This document shows, in pieces, positions 1 to 11,149 of a stretch of DNA of 64,000 bases. Each line of letters starts with the position of its first letter. The first letter of the stretch is position 1. The stretch comes from Chara braunii (Eukaryota; Plantae; Charophyceae), in the NCBI GenBank assembly GCA_003427395.1, contig BFEA01000036.1:2190241-2254240 (forward strand), written 5' to 3'. Position numbers and translations under genes: made by a program. Under the pieces are notes generated by a model. It saw nothing but the letters and a program-made list of their open reading frames with translations, ran no database searches and had not been told where the DNA came from.

Positions 1-46
<46 letters not shown>
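1..46. repeat. (GA)n microsatellite
   Basis: Perfect GA run at window start. Confidence 0.95.
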
Positions 47-50
<4 letters not shown>

Positions 51-931
51 GACGAGGAGGACGAGGAGGAGACAGGAGGGGGGTGTGGGGATCTGATTTC
101 TTGTTTTTGTTGTTTTTTCCTAAATGCCCTGCGCGTTGGCGGGGGGCAAGTGTTCGAGTTCCTCGCCACCTCGCTCCGAGGCGCGTTTAAAGTCTTAAAA
201 GGTTTTGACGCGCACGCGGGGGATTTGAACGTCCCCGTTTGAATGCGAATGCGCGTTCCGCGCGTTCAAATGGGAACATAGATGGGCAGACCGAAAATGG
301 CAGTTGTGACAACTTCAGAATTGTGTTCCAGTCTTGTCCTGTTGCCTGGAATGCACATGTCTTATAGACTCGTACCATAATGATCCTTTTTTTTGTTTTC
401 CTTTGTTTTTTAATCCTTTTCAAGTGAGGCCTGGTAAATCTTTGTCTGGTATCTGAAGGCAAAACTTTCCCGATTAGCATATTTCGCCGTGTACTCTATT
501 TGAATGTCAATGAGAACACAAGAAGTGACAAATGCATCACAATGCCGGTGGCAGGCGGTGGTTTTCCACATGTGCCCAGTGGTCATATCTGAAGAAGACA
601 CAGTCTGTGCCGCCTCAATCTTGATGGCGACTGCTGTAATGCACAGGAGTAGCAGACAGAAGCTTGCAGAAATGCAGGCTGTTTCGCACAGCGTGACAGC
701 GATCATCTCTGGACACGTGGTCTGTGCCTCGGAGTCTATCAGATCTCTTATCTCCGCGGGGGAAACTTCATTCTTCTTTTTCAATGGCCTTGTTCAATGC
801 GCACGAGCACCAGACAGATTGGGGGGCCGAAGGGGAGGGTGTTTCTTGAGCTAGCCAGACAGATTGGGGGGCAGAAGGGGAGGGTGTTTCTTTCGCGAGA
901 TTATCGTTGTTGCCATGGTTATCTTTTATAC

Positions 932-1511
932 CATGGCAGCGGCGGACAAGTGAACCGGACAAGTCCGGACACCGGAAACCGGATTTCCTGGTTTCATCCG
1001 AACGTCCGGATTTCCGGTATTTTCCGGCTAATCCGGACATGTCTGGATCAGCCTGTCCGGATCCCTCTCCGGATGGGTGTACATGTCCGGATTATTAAAA
1101 AAAAAAAAAAAAAGACTTCTATACAAAGTACTGCAAATGTGTTGAAAACAACGAAAAGGCCATGTGGCACAGGTAGGGGCGGGGAGGGGAGGTTATAGTG
1201 AGTACATGTCAACAACCAAGATGAGGGGGAGGAGGGCGAAGACGTGGAGGAGCAGCAGGAGGAGGGCAAAGACGTGGACGGGGAGGAGCGGGAGGAGGAT
1301 GAAGACGAGGAACATGCCAACAAAGTTCTGGAAAAAAAGGAAAAAGGGTGCCACGTGGCATGAGCAGGGAAGGGAGTGGGGGAGGTTATATAGCAAGTAC
1401 ATGACGATGACCAAGACGAGGAGGAGGAGGAGGAGGAGCGGGAGGAGGACGCAGACATGGAGGAGGAGGCGGATGGAGGAGCAGAAAGGAGGAAGACCAT
1501 GACAACAAAAC

Positions 1512-1565
<54 letters not shown>

Positions 1566-2109
1566 GCTTCCACTGCTCCTTTCTGGGCTCCTCGCGTGGC
1601 CTTCGCTGCACCCACTGCCAGCTCTCCTGCTCCTGCTCCGCTTCTGCTCCGTGCCTGCTATGGCCGCCTCGTTGCCCTGCTTCTTCCTCCCTATGACACT
1701 GGTGGTAGTGGCAGGCATGCAAGCTCAAACGTTGTTGTGGGAGGGGGGGCGGCCGAACCCGCAAGGCGGGAGGATGAATTCAAAGACTGTGCCCACTACG
1801 AAGCTGCCACGATGCAAGGATGACATTCAAGCGGGCAGAAACATAGAAGGAAGAAAACTTCCCACAGGCAAAAAAAANAAATTCTGGCCCTACCGGATGC
1901 CCCTTCAGGGCCAAAAAAAATCTGCTCGTATTTTTTGGCTGGCGGCGAGACGAAACGCCCTGGACAGTGAAAAAAAAATTGGCCGTTGGCCAAAGGGTGT
2001 GGAATCCGGACCGGGATCCGGACACGTTCACCGGACACCGGACACCGGACGGTCTGGATCCCTGTCCAGAGGTCCGGATCCCTGTCCAGAGGTCCGGATC
2101 GCTGCCATG
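932..2109. mobile_element. Non-autonomous hAT-type DNA transposon
   Basis: TIRs CATGGCAGCG / CGCTGCCATG; 8-bp TSD TTTTATAC (924-931) / GTTTATAC (2110-2117), 1 mismatch; dense CCGGA/TCCGG subterminal repeats at both ends. Confidence 0.8.
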
Positions 2110-3764
2110 GTTTATACTACTTTAATAGTGTTTGTGGTTGTGACAGGTGGCAGCTGCAATGGACAGCTGCTGCGGCTATGTTCATGTGACAGTGGGTAGT
2201 GCTGGCATGACGATTGCAGAAGAACAGTGATGTGAACAAGCGTTGATTTCTTTGACATGCAGATGCCATAACACAGCACAACGAAAGTTTTGTTTCAGTA
2301 AGGGCGGCGTTTCACGACACGACATTCTAAATGTATCTGGTCACGATTGTGGTCCGAATACGCTCAGAATGTTGGATGTACCCAATGCATTTGTGCGCTT
2401 CGATACTGTCGAAATACATTGTACAATGTTGTGTAGTGGAACGATGCTGTAATTGTGCACATCAGCTCCCACTATAACTGGAGAGCCTTTTGCTTAAGGC
2501 CTCCCTTGTGTTTTCTTAAAAAAAAACTATGAAAAAGAAACTAGAGTACAAAGATTAAAAAATAACAAGATATAGCCAGCATGGCTCCGCCCGCGGCCCA
2601 AAGGGGTGGGGAGGGGACAGTATTAGTATTTCGATACCTGGAACAGGTCACGGCCGTTCGAAAGGAGCTGCGACAAACAGTTGCAGTGAAAAGGATAGAA
2701 GAGTTATCGTCCCAAAGGAACGGCAGGCCGAAGTCTCACTCGGGAATTGACTGTCGAACAATCGAGCAATTAACTTACAATCAACGAGTGAGAAAACCCA
2801 AAAGAGTGATTGTATTGTGTTTTTGTCGTTTGGAACTGAGAGGGATTTGTTTGTCAAGGATGAATTCACGTGAAAAGGCCACGGACTCATGCCCAACAAA
2901 GTCATAGCTGTACTGGTAGGACGTTTTAAATTCCGTAGTCAGCAACCTGCCCAGTTGTTTTTCGGAAGGTAGTAAATTCCGTAGTCAGCAACAAAGTCAG
3001 AAATCCTATACGAAGGCCAAACGAAAAAGAATGAGGCGAACCGAACGAATAACAATTGTTGCATACATTCAGAGGTTGTTGCCATGTATGCAAGAACTTG
3101 GACAACAGGGTGCATGAGAATAAACCGAAGATCCGCGAAGAATAATAACAATAACGTGGGTAAAAGAATCGAATGATTCGAATCACATGAAGGGCGCAAC
3201 GCACGGGTGACAATGCCAAAGGGTGTCAGGGAACAGACGGGAAGGGCAACGCATGCAGCAGTTTGGCCACACTTCTTCAAGTCGCGAGCCGGGTTCGTTG
3301 TTGTCTTATTTAGGTACGTACCTGCAGAGGCGGAAGATGCCCGCTGTTCCGAGAAACAGTTCGCATCAGAAGCGACAGACGGTAAGATGGGGCACAGAAC
3401 ACAAAGAGAGAAAGTAAAGAACAACCAAGAAATAGAAAGCCCGGAAAAGAATGCAGAGGGAGAATAAGTGGCCACCAAAATGGAGCCGAGAGGTTGATAA
3501 GAGAGGATGTGATGTGGAAGATGACAACGACGTTTATTGCACAGAATTAAGACGCACACGCAAAGCAAATACAACAACCGGCACAGAATTCGGCGAACTT
3601 TGCGAAACACTCGAGATTCACAATGCACTGCATTTCGGACAATGGATTCAGGCGGTCCTCCGAAGACCACAACGACGGAGTGACACGAAATGAACATAGC
3701 TCTGAGTCAGTGCATGTTGCACGAAGAACCAAGAGCACAAAATGTTTGAAATGTTTGATGTATG

Positions 3765-3900
3765 CAACCCAGTCAACGTGAAAGTACATCGGATCGAATT
3801 TCTGACGACAGAAGACAGCAACCTAGTATGTGAAATCAACCCAGTCAACGTGAAAGTACATCGGATCGAATTTCTGACTACAGAAGACAGCAACCTAGTA
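3765..3900. repeat. ~72-bp tandem duplication
   Basis: CAACCCAGTCAACGTGAAAGTACATCGGATCGAATTTCTGAC...CAACCTAGTA occurs twice. Confidence 0.9.
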
Positions 3901-4395
3901 CGTGAAAGGAGTGAAGTAAACCCAAAGAAAGTGGGCAATGAACTTTGTAAACAGAGAGGAAGGAACATATTGAGCGGCCTGCAAATCCGAAGAGGCACAA
4001 TGCGTCCACATCACGGGGGAGCATCGAGAGAGCGAGAGAGCAAAAAAGACCCGCAGACTCCAGGAGAGCAGATGCCAACCCCCAAATCCCTGCCGTGGGG
4101 ATCCCCGACCCCCGCCCCTGCCATTTGACCCCTGCCACTGCCCCAAGCCCAAGTCAAAACCAATCAGCAGGCCAGGACCAGCATCGCAGAGAGGGGCTGC
4201 ACAAAGCGCAGAGCCGCATCCGTACTCAATTGACATTTCGAGATTAGCAATCAGAGGGTTCATCATGGCTGCCATCATCATCTTCGATGGTGGAACCCGT
4301 AGAGGAGGAGCTGTCATCAGTGCTATCGTCCTCAGTGGTGCCATGAAATTCAGGAAACTCTTTTTCCGCTTCGATGTCACTAAGATCATAGTCAG

Positions 4396-4682
4396 GAAGC
4401 ATCTCCTCCGGATCCGTAGACTCGGACTCATCTTCCAAATCCGCCAGCCATTCACTTCCGGTATGGTAATCCGCATCCTCGTCGATGTCCCCAGCATCAA
4501 TGATGACACGCACCCGGCCTGCTCTGGTGGCAGCCTGGTGAAGCATCTCCTCCGGATCCGTAGACTCGGACTCGTCTTCCAAATCCGCCAGCCATTAACT
4601 TCCGGTATGGTAATCCGCATCCTCGTCGATGTCCCCGGCATCAATGATGACACGCACCCGGCCTGCTCTGGTGGCAACCTGG
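4396..4682. repeat. 144-bp tandem duplication in an acidic degenerate minus-strand ORF
   Basis: GAAGCATCTCCTCCGGATCCGTAGACTCGGACTC... repeated; peptide EDESESTDPEEML duplicated. Confidence 0.9.
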
Positions 4683-5289
4683 TGGCGTTTCGCTTCGGCC
4701 TCTTCGATCTGCTCGCAAGCACGTTCAACCCGCAGGTCCGCGTCCTCGTAGCACTGTCGGTGTGCAGGTCACTTTTGATTGACTGAAGGACGGAGTTGCT
4801 CTTGCAGAGCAATATAGGAGGCTGCAGCTGTCTTGTACTGCTCGAAGCTGGTGACATTGTTGTGGCCTTGGCCTTAGTAATCCACGAACAGCACGGCTTC
4901 AAGAGCTTACCAGTCATCGTTCCCTTCTTTCTTCGCAGCGAGCACAACAGTTATCTGTTGCAACCTGTGATTGCTGTCAATGGTAGAGTGCAGAGATTGC
5001 ACGTTGAGGATGAATAGAAGACAAAGCTTCGACCCAGGTGCGCGGCTCTGTACAAAGTTGCAAAGAGGGGGGGGTTCAGAATGTGCAGGTCCAGGCTGAG
5101 GCTGCTGCGGGGGAAAAGGGAAAGATGGAGGTGTTGGTGGAAGAAACAAACGGCGCTGCACACGATGTGGAGCACCTCACAGTCTTGTTGATGATGTGTT
5201 TTTCCTAATGAGTAATGAATGCGGATTTTTTTGAAAAAAAAAAAAAAGAAGGTGGATGGCGAGTGGTCAGGTGCATGGTCGGTAGCAAC

Positions 5290-6325
5290 AGAGTCGGATG
5301 TCGGTTTGCGCATCCGACTGCGAATGTATGCTTGGGAAACCCCGTCTGTCGCCGGTGTATGTGGCGATGAGGCAGTCTCCTATACAGGCTCTGAGCTATG
5401 GATTTGAAATTATGGGGCTCTCGGGCAAACGTGAAGCAATTTTATTGAGTCTAACGTACCTATAGATCTAGAACGGCACGTAATCGTCCTCGAATTTACA
5501 AAATTAATTTTCAGCGGAGACTTCGAATAAGCACGCAAGGCGTCTCGTCTTGCTGTATTCGTCTCGCAAGATGACTTCAATCAGCTCCTGCGAATCTTGG
5601 AGCGATCCATTATCACAGACTAAGTTATTACGATGTGGGATATGGTTGCGCTCGATCTTTCCTCTCGCAAGCAAAAAAGCTTGTCAGATGTGTTCAATAG
5701 GCTCAACCTGTTCTTCATTGTATAATAATGCGAAGAGCATCCAATTCAACATTTGTCTTTATGCCGATCTTATCAAAAATATTCGACTACAACTGAACTT
5801 GCCGCTGTGAGTCAGATGTTCGTTTGCGCGTTCGACTGCGAATGCATGCTTGGGAAACCCAGTGTGTCGGCGGTGTATATGTGGCGATGGGGCAGTCTTC
5901 GTTGCAGACCCGCAGAATCTGATGTGGAATTGGAACTCTGGGGCTCTCGGGCAAACGTGAAAGAATTTCATCGTGTCTAGCGTACCTACAGATCTCAAAC
6001 GGCACGCAATTGTCCTCGAATTTACAAAATTTACAGCAGAAGACTTCGCACAAGCGCGCAAGGCCTCCTGCTATATTCGCCTCGCAAGATGTGGTCAATC
6101 AGCTCCTGCGAATCTTGGAGCGATCCATTATCACAGACTAAGTTATTACAACGTGGGATAAGGTTACGCTCGATGTTTCCCCTGGAAAGCAAAATTTTTG
6201 CCAAATGTGTTCAGTAAGCTCAACCTGTTCTCCATTGTAGAACAGTGCGAAGAGCATCCAATTCAAGATTTGTCTTCTACCTATCTTATCAAGAATGTTC
6301 GACCACGACTGAACTTGCCGCTGTG
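5290..6325. repeat. ~520-bp diverged tandem duplication
   Basis: CGACTGCGAATGYATGCTTGGGAAACCC ... CTGAACTTGCCGCTGTG present at ~5290-5810 and ~5810-6325. Confidence 0.85.
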
Positions 6326-7606
6326 TTTTCCGATCGAGAGCACCAATCATTTTCCTATTCAACCAGATAGGAAGATCGTAGCATTGGATCTCATGATAGA
6401 TCAGTGTTGCAGTCGGGGGAGAAAGCATTGCGACTTGTTGATGGTGTCATTGGTGTGCTTTGTGAGGCTTTGGCTATATATTCCGGGGGCTGGTGTGGAG
6501 GTTTGGATGTCAACAGAGGCGAAGAATGATGGTTGTTTTCGGTAGCTCCAAATGTAACAGTCAGGGACAAACCGTTGTTGCGTGTGTCAATTGCGAAGAT
6601 TGATACCGGGGCGAGATGCTTGAGATGTTCGCGTGGTGGATTTGATCCGAACATAGGCAAAGTCGAAGGTTGATTATGGTTAGCAGGAAGAGAAGAAGGG
6701 AAAGATTCAGCGTGCGGGCCAAAGGCTGGAGGCCGATGTGGCTGGGCCGTCCGCACTAGGATTTTGCGGGCTGTTCCAGGGCAAGCAGAGACTTACTAGG
6801 GCTAGTGTCCGTATGAGCACAGTCCTCAGTCACATTGTACGGAGGCGTGGTGCCTGCGGTTTTGCAGATCTGGGTGGAACGTCGGCGCAATGAGGTTGTG
6901 ATTTGAATGCCAAGACAGTGGGTGGAGTGCATTGTTGCCCATGATTTGCAGGTGGTGAGTCAGATTGACTGTTACTTCGCCGTGTCGAGAATGGTTGTCG
7001 CTTCTGGCACGCATTTGGGGGGCTTCCATGAGAATGGCCGGGAGGGATGCTATGGATGTCCAACAAAAGTGACGGTTGTGGAGGACGGTTACTGTATTCA
7101 CAACAATTTGCACGCATTGATTGTCCTGCTGTCCCCTGTGCGGGTTCAGATCCTGTTGGCCCGGTGTACATCCTCGTCGTCATAAGCAATGAATCCCTCA
7201 TCCCCGGAGGAATGAGTGGAGCGAAGGAGAGGCCGATTCCTGGGTTGGGATGCAGGTGGAGAGTTGTTCTCCATTGCAGAAGAGCGGTAGGATCCGTGGG
7301 AAGGAGCCGTGCAACTGAAAGGGAGGAGGTAAATACAGCACAGACATCACAAACAGACAAAGGCATCAGGAAGGTAACGAGTGAGCGCAATTGTCGTCGC
7401 AAGTGAAATTGCAAAGGGAGTTATGCCAGCAGTTCTTTGTATCCAACATTCTTTGTTCTTGTTGAACCGCCAAGAAGTGCAAAGGGACGCTGGACCCGGT
7501 TTCCAGCAGGTGCCGCTCCCCACCAATAGATGGAGCAGCCCGACAGATAAACCCTCAATCCAGACGGTTCTCTTACCACCGCCAGGATAGAGGGCTTACG
7601 CAAGGG

Positions 7607-7642
<36 letters not shown>

Positions 7643-7652
7643 ACACGAATAG

Positions 7653-7730
7653 ATAGGGTAAGCAGTGTGTATAATCTGACTAAGCTTCCCTCCGAACCGT
7701 GCGTGCAAGATGTCGAAGCACACAACTCTC
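7653..7730 (-). ncRNA. Group II intron 3' end (domains V and VI), organellar origin, degenerate
   Basis: Minus strand GAGAGTTGTGTGCTTCGACATCTTGCACGCACGGTTCGGAGGG matches the DV pattern GAGCCG..GCACG.ACGGTTC.GAGGG (AGC triad changed to AGT); DVI ends CTTACCCTAT with bulged A at -7 and AY terminus. Confidence 0.75.
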
Positions 7731-8211
7731 CATCCGTTTGGCAAGACTACGGATTGTTTCCCTTCCATTTTCATGTACTATGGAAACTCTGACGCCACAC
7801 TTCGTGCCGGCATACGGACAAAAAAGTTGGCCCATTTCCAATTAGAAAGACGCTTAAAAAGAAGGTGCCTTAGATTAGAGAAAGAAACAAACAAAAGAAG
7901 AAGAAGAAGAAAAAAAAACGGCATCGTAGCTTCGCCTAATCGGCAAAATGAATGAATAGTAGGTTACCCTACATTTATTCATTTATTGAATTTAACTTCT
8001 TATTAATTTTTTTCACCTATATCACTCTTCACGACTCGAGCCTTTTCTTAAGTGTTCAATTTTATATGGATTAATATCATACATAATGAAATTAGAACCG
8101 AAGAGTAGACATACAAAATTATCATCAAATAATAACAGAATAGATCCATCATAGACTTCCGCCCCCACAAGGACATTACATGTAATTCATGAATGTATGA
8201 AGGCCACAAAG

Positions 8212-8298
8212 TGGGAGAGGCAGGATTTGAACCTACGTAGAAATATAATCTTCAACAGATTTACAGTCTGTCGCTTTTAACCACTCGGCCACTCTCCC
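8212..8298 (-). tRNA. trnY: tRNA-Tyr(GUA), mitochondrial type (NUMT)
   Basis: GGGAGAGTGGCCGAGTGGTTAAAAGCGACAGACTGTAAATCTGTTGAAGATTATATTTCTACGTAGGTTCAAATCCTGCCTCTCCCA; long variable arm, no intron; closely resembles plant mitochondrial trnY from recall; AT-rich context. Confidence 0.9.
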
Positions 8299-8389
8299 GG
8301 AGAATTCAGCATCATGTAAAAGATTTAAAGCATCATTTAGGTAAATACATATTAGAATAGTAAAAACAGAAGCTTGTAATACAGCAAGA

Positions 8390-8391
<2 letters not shown>

Positions 8392-8439
<48 letters not shown>

Positions 8440-9750
8440 GGTCTTTTGAGGTTATTTGAGATACGGGGGCCATTACCCGGCTTCGATTGAGAACAAACTG
8501 TGAAATAGAGGTCCTACGAATGCTCACTACTCTCAGGTTCCCTAACAAACCCTTCTAAGACTTCCCAACACCGTCTTACTCCCTGCTGAGTTCTTCCAGG
8601 CCTCACGCCCCCACCCTGCTGGGTTACAGGGCAACACAACTCGCCCCAGTTCCGACCAGCGTCATCCCAGCAGCGACCCTTGGTCGTCCCTTGGGATGCC
8701 CACCCCAAAGCATCCCCAAATCTCTCTACTAGGCCTCACGCTCCTGCATCAGCAGGTTACAGGGCGACGCCCCATCACCGGCCAGCATCGTTCTGGCATC
8801 GAACGGCCACATATCCTTGAGTATGACAGCATAAAAACTGCCTAAGATGGATTGCTAAGAAACCCTAAAGTCCTAAGACATTCATAAGAGCAACTGACTT
8901 ATTTTTTCCATTCAGACTCTGCCGAGCCAAAAAAATATGTGTGTCAATAAGCCTCCCCATCACGAATCCGATAGGTGAAACCTATTCAATCCCCCTACGA
9001 CCACCACCAACATGGTTAATTTTAGCACGAACCAAAGCTCTTCCAGGCCTCATGCTCCCATCAAGTTAGGTTACAGAGTTGCACCACCTTGCTCCAACAC
9101 CAGCCAGCGTTGCTCCAGTTACGACCCCCGATGACCATTGGGACTGCCCCCGCAGACAGCTCCCCAGAGCTCTCTACCAGGCCTCACGCCCCCACTAAGC
9201 TAGGTCACAGAGTTGCGCCACTTGACTCCGGCTCCGGCCAGCGTTGCTCCAGCATCGATCTTCGAGGGCCACCAACTTTTTAACCACCCCTCGCAGGATC
9301 ACAGATGGCTTGCCAGATAACACCTATTCCTACAACCTCCTCGAGAGGCAACCAAATGGAAAGCTATAGTAAACTGGATGGTAGATTTCTTCGAGCGAGA
9401 TCGCCCCTCCCTCCCCCTCCCCCTTCCCCCTCAGCCCTATATTGCCTCCGCCGAGGAGAGTCACTCACTCTCCCTCGGCCCCAATATAGGACCAATCCTC
9501 TCCCCTCCTTTCCCCAGGAGCACGCAGTTCCCACCTAAAGCATGCCCCCCCGCCCCTTGCCCATTTCCGCCTGCAGGGACTGATGGACCCACCCACAGTC
9601 CCTGCCCCAAAATAAGGCAACCCCCTACTCCGCCCCTATCCTCTTTGAGACATTCACCCCCCACCTTGCGATGCCCCTGCAGGATAGAGCTCCCCCCACC
9701 CCCTTCCCACCGTTCAGCCCTCCGGGAACAATCCGATCCAGCCGACTACA
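8392..9750 (-). mobile_element. Probable 3' end of a non-LTR retroelement with internal repeats
   Basis: 47-nt polyT at left end; four copies of AGGCCTCAYGC..GGTTACAGRG unit (~8590, 8725, 9040, 9170); no TSD found, right boundary approximate. Confidence 0.45.
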
Positions 9751-9799
9751 GTTATTGATGACACACTTACCAAAATATCATTCGCTTGGATTTCGTTGG

Positions 9800-10208
9800 A
9801 TTTTGTTGATGACGATGGACAACACCCCGAAGACGATAATAATGAGAATGATGGTGACAACCAACGCACCTGCTGATGGAGAGCAACATCTTATTGAAAA
9901 TAAGTTGATGATGAGGATGATAATGATGAGGATGAAAACGAAAAGATGATGTTGATCATACCAAAGAGCAGCACCAACAGCCCCTATGATTACAAAGTGA
10001 TGATGCTGCTGATGATGATCGTAATGATGATAGCGATGATGATGATGATGATGTTGATAGCGATGATGATGATGAAGATAATGATGGTGATGTCAGTAAT
10101 GATGATGATGATGATGATGATGATGGTAAGGATGATGACGCATAGCGCCCTATGATGACTACAAGATGATGATGGTGTGATGACGAGCTCCTTGGATAAT
10201 AACCTAAA

Positions 10209-10240
<32 letters not shown>

Positions 10241-10600
10241 GCAAAGTCGTATGATGACGTCAAGTTTTGCCACCCGTGCCGTATGATGGAGATAAATTTG
10301 ACGATGGTGATACAACAGTGAGTGATGAGCAACTCCACTGATGCAAGACTCCTTGATAGTAGTAATGATATTAGCGCCGAACAGGAGTAAAGACCTCCGC
10401 CTTGATGATGATGACGAGCAGTATCCTGATGCTGATGATGGTGATGACGAGCAGCGACCTGATGATGATAACAAACCATTACCGTGATGATGATGTCAAA
10501 TCACGCCATGTTGCTGATGATGGTGACGAGCAGCATTCTAATGATAATGACGCCGATGCTGGTGTTGGTGGTGATCAACGAGAGTGTCGTCGATGACAAA
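9800..10600. repeat. Degenerate (GAT)n low-complexity tract
   Basis: Runs of GATGATGAT over ~800 bp. Confidence 0.9.
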
Positions 10601-11064
10601 GATGTATACAAAAAAACCGAAATCATCGCACTCGATATCGCCTCCAGTCCTCCTCCCGCTCCACGTAAGCACACGCTCCTCCTTTTCGTTCGCGTCATAC
10701 CAACCGCCTACCACAACACTACGCAGACCAAGGAGCAGAAGCCATAAGAGGGCTGCAATTCTCAATGAGACCCACCTCCTGTCGAAGGCAAGTTCCCCTT
10801 CACCCAACGTGCTAACCTGTAACACCACTGGATGAAGCGCAAAGCCGGAGAGATGGCACCAAAGTGCTTTCAAAAGGCAGGCAACACCGAGTCACGCTCC
10901 ATCCTCCTGCCCTCCCGCTGTCTGATCTCTACTTCATCACTACCCCATCACCAACGCGCCGACATACCAAAATTGTCCACGTCATATCCAACCGCCACTT
11001 TGCGCTCGCGTGTTTTCAACCTATAGGGTGCCACAGGACTGCTCATGTGAGAGTGTCAACCCGG

Positions 11065-11098
11065 CGGGGCGCAGCGCTCCCGGAAGCGCTGCGCCCCG
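11065..11098. other. GC-rich hairpin, candidate Helitron subterminal palindrome
   Basis: Perfect 14-bp stem CGGGGCGCAGCGCT-CCCGGA-AGCGCTGCGCCCCG just downstream of the Pif1 helicase end. Confidence 0.55.
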
Positions 11099-11149
11099 TG
11101 CCCGCTTGACAACAACACCTAACTCTTAACCCAGTTAATGTGAGAAGAG

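Larger units (their letters stand above)
7641..8390. other. Nuclear mitochondrial DNA insertion (NUMT)
   Basis: AT-rich block with mt-type trnY and group II intron DV/DVI, bounded by a polyA (7611-7640) and a polyT (8392-8438). Confidence 0.75.

Noticed and set aside
1048-1764. Long ORFs over GA, GAG, CA and GAT tracts (also 9.9-10.5, 32.6-33.3, 36, 51-53.7 kb)
   Set aside because: Products of microsatellite or low-complexity sequence
6800-7480. USP/C19 peptidase from NCWHNS and QQD motifs
   Set aside because: Motifs are short and broken by stops, and no His box was found
8212-8298. Functional cytosolic tRNA-Tyr
   Set aside because: Long variable arm and no intron indicate organellar type within a NUMT
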